DNA of 20,000 nt from an uncultured virus (IMG/VR IMGVR_UViG_3300009432_000684) (Duplodnaviria; Heunggongvirae; Uroviricota; Caudoviricetes): IMG/VR virus record IMGVR_UViG_3300009432_000684. One strand, 5' to 3'. How positions within the stretch are numbered: position 1 is the first letter of the stretch; every line of letters starts with the position of its first letter. Positions 9,002 to 16,400 of the stretch are shown here, in pieces. A program made the position numbers and the translations under genes. Below the pieces are notes generated by a model that was given only the letters and a program-made list of their open reading frames with translations, was not told the DNA's origin and searched no databases.

Positions 9002-9390
9002 GGTTGGCGGGCCAGATTATAATACCGCTGTGGAAAAAGCTCTCGTATAGAAGCACACGTACATATTGATTGACACACCAGAGTGTGGAAGCCACCAAAC
9101 AAATTGGGCTCACTAGTTGATATAGATTGAATTGTTGGCAGTCGAAAAACACTATATAGTTTGTAGAAACCCCTTAGCAACAGGAACGAAGCGGGGGAAT
9201 ATTGTTACATATAATGTACATTGTATATTATAAGCAACATAATGTCGACGTAGGTTGGGAAAGGTCAGAGCCCATCAAACTTGTGTATAAACAAATACCT
9301 ACTTCCAATGTCTTGGCGAATGTGCGACTCACATGAGGTTTTAAGATTAGGTGGGACTAGAAATAGTTCCGTCTGACAAAAACAATCTAC
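8991..9390 (+). ncRNA. Candidate large structured non-coding RNA (family not recognised)
   Basis: No credible ORF; many helices found by eye, including G-U-rich stems, a GAAA tetraloop (9347-9376), a three-way junction (9250-9302) and long-range pairings (9123-9129/9383-9389, 9105-9111/9268-9274, 9141-9145/9245-9249). Boundaries approximate. Confidence 0.6.
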
Positions 9391-9402
9391 ATGAAGTTAA
9401 CA

Positions 9403-9509
9403 CATTATCATTTACATGATAATGCTTTAATGTATTCAATAACTACTATTAATAACGAAGTGTAAGTAGTTTGAGCGTTAGCGAAAACTTGTATGAGCTT
9501 GCTCATACA
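9403..9509. repeat. Cluster of short inverted repeats
   Basis: CATTATCAT-ttac-ATGATAATG (9403-9424); AACTACT...AGTAGTT (9441-9447/9465-9471); GTTT-GA-GC-gtta-GC-GA-AAAC (9469-9488); TGTATGAGC-tt-GCTCATACA (9490-9509). Confidence 0.85.
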
Positions 9510-9542
9510 TTAATAGTTTATCTAAGTTTGAAATAAATATGT

Positions 9543-9550
9543 TATAAATA
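9543..9550 (+). promoter_or_regulatory. T4 late promoter TATAAATA
   Basis: Exact consensus; flanked by AATAAATA (9532-9539) and TATAAGTA (9553-9560); upstream of the two MKINE genes. Confidence 0.8.
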
Positions 9551-9584
9551 CATATAAGTAACTATAGTGCTTAAAGGAATAGAT

Positions 9585-10097
9585 ATGAAGATTAATGAAT
9601 TATCGAGATCACAGCAAGTTGATGAAGTACCTGCTGGTGGCTTATCTCAACTAGGTAATAAACTTGGTGCAAAGATATTAAGTAAGATACCTGGTGGTGC
9701 TGCAAAGTCCAAAGCTGGCAACATGGCTGGCAAAGCTGACTTAGGTGATACAGCAAATAACTTACACAAAGAGTTTAATACATATCTAGGTACTCAGGGC
9801 AAAAAAATGGCCCAAGCAACTGGCGAAGAGCTAAGTGCGTTTTTACAATCTAAAAAACATAAAACATCTGCTACTATTCCTAGTGGTGTTTTACAAAAGA
9901 AACAACTTGATGCTGTACTAATGCAAGCTGCCAAAGAAGCACTAGCTGGTAAAGGCGGAGTACCGGGCACAGCAGGAGCACCTGTTAAAGGTGGAGCAGG
10001 CGGTAAAGGCAAAGCAGTAATACCTGATAACATATTAGCTCAACTAAAGCAAATGAATCCTGAGCAAAAACAACAATTGGCAGGAATGTTACAATGA
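9585..10097 (+). CDS. Hypothetical late protein (A/G/K-rich), probable virion head-associated
   Basis: AAAGGA RBS (9573-9578) favours ATG 9585 (MKINELSR...) over GTG 9567; downstream of a late promoter; ATGA-coupled to the next gene. Confidence 0.7.
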   Translation: MKINELSRSQQVDEVPAGGLSQLGNKLGAKILSKIPGGAAKSKAGNMAGKADLGDTANNLHKEFNTYLGTQGKKMAQATGEELSAFLQSKKHKTSATIPSGVLQKKQLDAVLMQAAKEALAGKGGVPGTAGAPVKGGAGGKGKAVIPDNILAQLKQMNPEQKQQLAGMLQ

Positions 10098-12316
10098 AAA
10101 TTAATGAAGTAGCACTATACGAAAACAAATCACACAGAATTCTTAAAGAAGGTTGGCAAGACCTAACAGAAAGTCAACAGAAGCACATAGGGCGTTGGGA
10201 AACAGAACTTTGGCCTTTACTAGAGCAGTACCAAAAACTTTCTGAAGCAGAACTTACTAAAGATCAAATTCTAGCTATCTTTAAAGGTGCTGAAGAAAAT
10301 GCAATGGCCACAGGTAACAATAAAAATGCATTAGGTAAAGCTGGTGCAGGCGTTGCAGCAGCTGCTAAACTTCCAGTTGACCTTGCTAAAAAGATTGATG
10401 CTAAAATTAAAGAACTTGGCGCAATGGCTAAAAAATCTGGTCCTGTTAAAAATATGGACGCTAAGTTTGCTGAACTTAAGAAAGATATTAGTGCTAAAAA
10501 TAGCGACAGTAAAGTTGTACAAGGTATACAAACAATAAGCGACTGGGCAAAAGAAAATCCCGGCAAAGCTACACTAGCTGTTGGTATCTTAACTACTATT
10601 GCAGCATTTGCAGGCGGTCCAGCAGGAGGTGCAGCCGCAGGTTTAATACTACGGGCAACAAAAGATCTATTACAAGGTGAAGACCTTTCAAGTGCTATTG
10701 GTAATTCAGTTAAAACAGCAGCTTATGGTGCTATTGCAGGTTGGGCTATTAACGGACTTGGTGATTGGCTTGGAGGCATTAGAGCAGATGCAGTTCCGTT
10801 TGAAAAAGCCGAAGGCGTGTCTACAGTTAATTTAGACTTTACTAAGACAGTATCAAGTTGGGGCATGACTCACGAACAACAATTAGTTAATATGATTGTT
10901 CCAGATAGTATGGCTGAAGAAATTACAGGCATGGTTGCTGAAATGAGTAAAGCAACAGCCGCAGGTGATCATGCTGGCGGCATAGATATTTTTGATAAGC
11001 TATGGGCACAGGCTAAAGAATTTAATACAGGCAGTGACGCATATAAGCAGTTTGTTGAAGATGCAGCTTTTACAAATGAGGTTGCTGCGGCAGTAGCACA
11101 AGCTAACGACACTGCACTACAAGCGATTAAAGGTGCAACAGAGGTTATGGCCGCAACTGCACAAGGTTCATTGCAAGCATCAGGTGATGATGCTAAAGGT
11201 GAAATGAAAGTTGACGGTAAAGAAGTTGAACCTGAGCAAGGCGAATTAGATCTTAAAGGTGGCGAAAACCCTAAAGGTACAGAGTCTATTGAAGAAATGA
11301 CAGCAAGATTAGATTTGTATCTTGCTGAAGCTGATCCTGAGCAAGGTGAATTAGGTTTAGACAATCCAAACACATTTGGTGCAAAACTAAAGCGTGGCGC
11401 AGGAGCCTTAGCAGGTAAAGCAAAAGATGCGGCTGCTTCCGCTACAGGCGCAGTTAAACAAGTTGGTAAAGACTTAGGCAACAAAGTAACTGCTAATAAA
11501 TTACAAAAAGCTTGGAAAAAAGCTGGAGAGCCAATGGACACTGGTTCGATCATGAACATAATGCAAGACGCAGGTATGGACGATGATCAAATTTCAGCAG
11601 TTGGACAAGCAAACAAAATTGAATTAACACCTAGTGCGGCAACTAGTGCAGATCCTGCTCAAGCAGATACCGATAAAGATGGTAAAGATGATGCAACCGG
11701 TGAGCCAATGAAAGCAACTGGCAAAGTTGTACCTCAAGCAGATACCGATAAAGATGGTAAAGATGATGCAACCGGTGAGCCAATGAAAGCAAAAGCCCCA
11801 GGTGCAGACGCAGGTAAAGTAGCTAAAGCTAGTGATGGTCAAGAATATACTTGGTTAGGTGCCCAGTGGCAAAACAATACTTCAAAGAAGATGGCAACTA
11901 AAGCTATTGCACAAGAATTAGGAAATCCTGCTAAGGATGGAGCTGCCAAAGATACAGCACCGCCACAAGCAGACACTGACCAAGACGGTAAAGATGATGC
12001 AACTGGTCAGCCAATGAAACCCGCTGGTGCTGGACAACCTGCAACTGCTGGTGACCCAGGAACAACAACAGCTATAGACTTAAAAACATTGGCAGGCGAA
12101 ATTAAACAAGCAGGTCCAGAAGTAGTAGCACTAGTGATAGCTCAACTTACAGCTAAAGCTCCTGCAGCACCTGCTAAAGCTCCTGTAGCTAAAGCTAAAG
12201 CACCTGGAGCGCCTACTCAAGCAGCTAATGTTGCAGCTAGGCGTAAGAAAGTTTCCGCAAGTATAGATACTGAAATTGATTCGTTGATTGCTGAATTAGA
12301 CGCAGTTATGCGTTAG
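10094..12316 (+). CDS. Large hypothetical late protein with glycine-zipper hydrophobic segment and DxDxDG repeats; possible internal/ejection protein
   Basis: 740 aa, MKINE start; hydrophobic ATLAVGILTTIAAFAGGPAGGAAAGLIL; three QADTD[K/Q]DGKDDATG[E/Q]PMK repeats. The ORF is clear; the function is inferred. Confidence 0.75.
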   Translation: MKINEVALYENKSHRILKEGWQDLTESQQKHIGRWETELWPLLEQYQKLSEAELTKDQILAIFKGAEENAMATGNNKNALGKAGAGVAAAAKLPVDLAKKIDAKIKELGAMAKKSGPVKNMDAKFAELKKDISAKNSDSKVVQGIQTISDWAKENPGKATLAVGILTTIAAFAGGPAGGAAAGLILRATKDLLQGEDLSSAIGNSVKTAAYGAIAGWAINGLGDWLGGIRADAVPFEKAEGVSTVNLDFTKTVSSWGMTHEQQLVNMIVPDSMAEEITGMVAEMSKATAAGDHAGGIDIFDKLWAQAKEFNTGSDAYKQFVEDAAFTNEVAAAVAQANDTALQAIKGATEVMAATAQGSLQASGDDAKGEMKVDGKEVEPEQGELDLKGGENPKGTESIEEMTARLDLYLAEADPEQGELGLDNPNTFGAKLKRGAGALAGKAKDAAASATGAVKQVGKDLGNKVTANKLQKAWKKAGEPMDTGSIMNIMQDAGMDDDQISAVGQANKIELTPSAATSADPAQADTDKDGKDDATGEPMKATGKVVPQADTDKDGKDDATGEPMKAKAPGADAGKVAKASDGQEYTWLGAQWQNNTSKKMATKAIAQELGNPAKDGAAKDTAPPQADTDQDGKDDATGQPMKPAGAGQPATAGDPGTTTAIDLKTLAGEIKQAGPEVVALVIAQLTAKAPAAPAKAPVAKAKAPGAPTQAANVAARRKKVSASIDTEIDSLIAELDAVMR
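11658..12019 (+). repeat. Intragenic direct repeats encoding QADTDKDGKDDATGEPMK
   Basis: Exact 60-nt copies at 11658-11717 and 11733-11792; diverged third copy at 11966-12019. Confidence 0.95.
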
Positions 12317-12519
12317 AAGAATGGGAGACCGCTTGTTTTAGTTGTTTCTAAATTTTCTTTAACAATGTCACTCATTAATGATCTATCATCATGACAAGTA
12401 GCGAAGCCTTCATCAAGAGTCATACCTCCACGCATATACCAACAAAGTTTCATAACTTCTGATCTAATCTCTTTTTGTTGGTTTTCCATATGCTTAACTT
12501 CTTCTAGGATCTCAGCCAC
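12313..12519 (-). CDS. gp51-like baseplate/tail assembly chaperone segment, probably expressed as a -1 frameshift extension of gp26
   Basis: Follows gp26; KLCWYMRGGMTLDEGFATCHDDRSLM resembles the gp51 / T-region pattern; the GTG start has no well-spaced RBS; the frame is open back to 12558, across the gp26 stop. Confidence 0.65.
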   Translation of the reverse strand: MAEILEEVKHMENQQKEIRSEVMKLCWYMRGGMTLDEGFATCHDDRSLMSDIVKENLETTKTSGLPFF

Positions 12520-12552
12520 CGACCAGGCTAGGATCCTTATGCGAAAAAATTT
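12507..12552 (-). other. Candidate -1 programmed ribosomal frameshift signal
   Basis: Minus strand A AAT TTT TTC (12552-12543), 6-nt spacer GCATAA, hairpin GGATC-C-TAGCC-(8 nt)-GGCTG-A-GATCC (12536-12507). Confidence 0.7.
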
Positions 12553-13406
12553 GATTGATCAAAGGTAATTGGAATTTCCCACTCAGCAGGAGCACCTGCT
12601 TCGATATCTTCTTTGGAAGATTTAACTTGGATAGGTTCAAGACTAAACTTAGCTCTTTGAATATCAAGATGATCTGTAATAAACTTAAAAAACTCTTTGT
12701 CAGTATTTTTAATAAATTCGTCAATGTGTTCTCTATCACTAACAATAGTATCACCAATCTGAATTGAATGAATACTTTTAGCAAGAACTGTAATTGTAAG
12801 ATCTGTAAGTTTCTTAAAGCTTTGATTAAACTTGCCTAATTTTTCTTCATCGGGCATTGTTTCGTCATTAACTAACGCAAAGATACGTTGCTCTTCAAAC
12901 GTTTTTAAACTACTATCGGTAAATTCTCTATAGCTTAATGGTCTAATAGTAACTTGCATATCGTTAATAGTAACAACGTTTTCGTATTCAACAGTTACTA
13001 GCTTGTTAAGCATTTGACGTAAATCTACTCCAAAAGTTTTATCTTCGCCTGTGCCAGGCTCTTTAGTAGTAATCTCCATGTCGTCACCGTAAGTTGCAAT
13101 ACGTATAGCAATTAATGAAGCATCTAGATCAATACTAGGCATTTGCCAAGGATCAACAATGCTTGGAATGCAACTTTTAATCATTTCAACAGTAGCTTGC
13201 CCATTAAGCAAAGCATCTGGAGTCTTCATAGTAAGTTCATCTCTTGCTGTCATTGCGTACACTGGTAATTCGCCATTCTCTGGCAGGTTAAGTGTACCAT
13301 CTGTGTAGAATTTACCTTTACTAGGTAAAGTAATATATACTTTAGGTTGCCTAAAGTATTTTTTTAATGGATTTGCTTCCATTGAAGTCTGGTTCGAATC
13401 TGCCAT
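12537..13406 (-). CDS. gp26: Baseplate hub assembly / tail assembly chaperone, gp26-like
   Basis: P(K)VYITLPSKG, MTARDELTMK, IDLDASLIAIRIATYG and C-terminal NFF match T4 gp26-family patterns; GGAGA RBS at 13413-13417; divergent from the tape measure gene. Confidence 0.75.
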   Translation of the reverse strand: MADSNQTSMEANPLKKYFRQPKVYITLPSKGKFYTDGTLNLPENGELPVYAMTARDELTMKTPDALLNGQATVEMIKSCIPSIVDPWQMPSIDLDASLIAIRIATYGDDMEITTKEPGTGEDKTFGVDLRQMLNKLVTVEYENVVTINDMQVTIRPLSYREFTDSSLKTFEEQRIFALVNDETMPDEEKLGKFNQSFKKLTDLTITVLAKSIHSIQIGDTIVSDREHIDEFIKNTDKEFFKFITDHLDIQRAKFSLEPIQVKSSKEDIEAGAPAEWEIPITFDQSNFFA

Positions 13407-13418
13407 AACATTTCTCCG

Positions 13419-13426
13419 TATAAATA
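13419..13426 (+). promoter_or_regulatory. T4 late promoter TATAAATA for the tape measure-portal operon
   Basis: Exact consensus; a second TAAATA at 13434-13439. Confidence 0.75.
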
Positions 13427-13450
13427 CAATATGTAAATACTTATGTTAAT

Positions 13451-13458
13451 TATTTATA
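13451..13458 (-). promoter_or_regulatory. T4 late promoter TATAAATA for gp26-gp51
   Basis: Plus strand TATTTATA equals the exact consensus on the minus strand, upstream of the gp26 RBS. Confidence 0.75.
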
Positions 13459-13484
13459 TACGTAGTTAACTTGGATGATAGAAC

Positions 13485-16400
13485 GTGGCAGAACAAACAG
13501 AAATTAGTAATGTAGGCGGTGATGGTGTAGCTAGTGAAGTTACTCTATTAAGGCTTGTCAGCACGATCGAAGCGTGGGCAAAGAAATCTGGCGTTGATCC
13601 GAAGGCCGAAGCTGCTAAATTACAGAAGCTACATAATGAAGCAGTTAAAAGCGGCATTACTACATTCGATGATACTAGAACAGGTTTAAACAAGTTTGGC
13701 AAATCTACTGGTAAAGCTACAACAAGCTTAAATAAATTTTCTAGAGCAGCTATGGGTGCAACTTTAGGAGCATTGTCTCAAGTTGCAGGCGCACTTAAAG
13801 GAATAGGCAACGAGTTACTACAAGGTGGCGATAACGTTGGCGACTTTACTAAACACATTCCGTTACTTGGTTCTGCTCTTGCACCTCTTGCTGGATTAAT
13901 TGATAATAGTGTTGAATCTTATAGACAGCTATCTAGTGTAGGTGGTAACTTAGGAAATAGTATAACAGGTGTAAGAAAAGCTGCTGCGGCTATGGAAATG
14001 AACATGGATGAGTATAGTTCCTTTATTGTAGGAAACTCAGAAGCGTTAAGGATGCTAGGCGGAACAGTAGGGCAAGGACAAGAACGTTTTAAAAGGATGA
14101 ATGAGAATATAAAGAAGTCGGGAGACTTTTCATCTTTAAAGAATTTAGGTTTTACTGTTACTGAAGTTAACGAAGGTATGGCAGACTATATTCAATTGCA
14201 GAGAAACTTAGGTACGCTTGAAAAGAAAACTGATGAAGAACTAGCTGCAGGATCAGCTGATTATTTAAAACAAATTGATATGCTTGCAAGAGTAACAGGC
14301 ATGACCCGGAAAGAAGCAGAAGCTTCATTAGCATCGCAGGCTACTGAAGCAGGACTAAGGGGAATGCTAAATGCATTTAGAAATGCTGACGGCACCTTAA
14401 GTGAAGGTGGTAAAAATCTTCAAATTAGTATGGGACTACTTGACAAAGTCGGCGGCGTTGCAGGTGACGCTATGAAAGACATGATAGATGGCACCATGAA
14501 CCACGAAGCAACCGGTAAGTTTTTAGCGGCATTAGGTGACGGCGGTCCAGCAGTTCAAGAAGCTTTAAAACAAATAGGACAAGGTGCTGATCCGCAAGTC
14601 TTACTAGATGCGTTTAAGACTGCTGGTGGCTCCTTAGAAGAATTTGCTAAGATTGACACTGGTGATAAAATTGCAGATGCACAATCTAGAAGAGCATTTA
14701 TTGAAAGCATAAGACAGTCACAACCTGAGGTAGCCGCTGCATTAGATGCTGCTGTTCAGATGAAAGAATTAGGGGGAATGAACCTCAAGCAAGCTAAAGA
14801 AGATCAAAAGAAAGCAGACGCAACAACAAAGTCTATGACTACGTTCGAAGACTCTATTAAGGGATTACGCGGCACTATTCAAACAGCACTTATGGATAGT
14901 GGATTATTTGAAATGCTTGGCACAGCAATGGGCGAACTTGGAGATCTGTTTGCTTCACCAGAAATGAAAGAAAGTATTCAAGATATTGCAAAAGTTATTA
15001 AAACTACTATCGGCGAATGGATGGCTGTCTTTAAAGAAGGCGGACTAAAAGCTGTTTGGGATAAAGCAATTGGTGGCTTAAAAGATATGCTTGGCGATAT
15101 ATTCAGCTCAATGTTTTCAAGCGGAACAGTAATTAAAGGACTTGTAATTGCAGTTGGAGCATTGTTTGCAGCCAAGTTAGTTAAAAATGCCCTGTCAAAA
15201 TCACTTGGCGGTATCGGCAAATCATTAGGCTTTGGAGGCAATCCTGCAACATCAGGTAAAACTCTTCCTATGGGTGGAGGCGGCGGTGGCGGCATGGGCG
15301 GCGGTGGCAAAGCTGGTGGCGGTGGTGGCCTTGGAAAAAGCATTGGCGGCATCGGTAAAGGAATAGGTAAAGGCCTTGGCGGCATACTAAAAGGTCTAGC
15401 AGGAGGTATTTCAGCATTTGCTAATCCAGCAGTTGTATTAGGTGCAGCGGCATTAGGTGCAGCAATAGTATTAATAGGTGGCGCAATTGCAGGCGCTGTT
15501 TGGATGGTCGGTAAATCATTGCCTACTATGGCAGACGGCATGCAGTCTTTTGAACAATTAGACGGTGCTAAATTAATATCAGCAGGAAAAGGCATGGGAG
15601 CAATTGCTCTTGGTATGGCTGCATTTGGTGCAGGGTCAGCAATTAGCGGACTAGGAAGTTTAGTAGGAGGTATTGCAGGAGGTATTGGTAAACTGTTTGG
15701 AGCAGATGATCCATTAAGTAAAATGGAAGAGTTCTCTAATGCTAATATTGATGGAGCAAAGGTTAAAACAAATGCAGAAGCACTAACAGCATTTAGTACT
15801 GCTATGTCAGCAGCGTCTAGTGCATCTAATGCAGGACTTTCAGATATTGCCGGTGCAATTGCCGGTGGTATTGCAGGATTCTTTGGAGCAACAGATCCAG
15901 TAGATCAATTAAAGAAGTTTGGCGACGCAGTAATTGATACTAAGAAAGTTGAATTAAATGCAGCTGCGATGATAGCATTTAGTACAGCGATGGCTACTGC
16001 TACAAAACCTCCAGAAGGTGTAACATCAGCAATTGGTAGTGCAATTGCTGGATTCTTTGGCGCCACTAATCCAGTAGAGCAATTAAAACTATTTGGTGAC
16101 ACTAAAATTAATTCAGCCCAGGTTGCTACTAACGCTGGCGCTATGATAGCGTTTAATACAGCAATGAGCGGTGCAGTAACTATTGACCAAACTATTTCAG
16201 GAGCTATCGGCGGCGCAATAAACACCTTAATGGCAAATAGTCCAATAGATCAACTTGTTAAGTTTGCAGCAGTAGCTATTGACGGTGTTGCAGTTAAGTC
16301 AAATGCAGAATCTATGATAGCATTTGGAACAGCAATGTCAGCAATGCCTGGTAAGATGCCAGGTGATGGAGCGTTTGCATCTTTTGGTAAAGCTATTGCT

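Noticed and set aside
8949..9180. Two short minus-strand ORFs (67 and 69 aa)
   Set aside because: Overlap the GIY-YIG gene antisense, no RBS, atypical composition; likely chance ORFs.
9250..9335. RNase P (GGAAAG motif), group II intron (GTGCG), tmRNA or tRNA
   Set aside because: Only short word matches; no RNase P 3' P4 strand, no domain V, no acceptor stem, T-loop or CCA end.
8552..9510. Group I intron carrying a GIY-YIG homing endonuclease
   Set aside because: No interrupted host gene is apparent (flanking ORFs look complete) and I could not find ordered P/Q/R/S elements; GACTA/TAGTT forms a local hairpin rather than P7. A covariance-model search is still advisable.
9794..11842. Antisense and alternate-frame ORFs inside the MKINE genes, including the 196-aa ORF at 10969-11559
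   Set aside because: Shadow ORFs of A/G-rich coding sequence, with no start signals or recognisable motifs.
11658..12019. CRISPR-like array
   Set aside because: The repeats are 60 nt, in frame within a CDS, irregularly spaced, and there are no cas genes.
12313..12316. Terminator between the convergent 740-aa gene and the gp51-like gene
   Set aside because: The stop codons overlap by 4 nt and no hairpin with a U-tract is visible.
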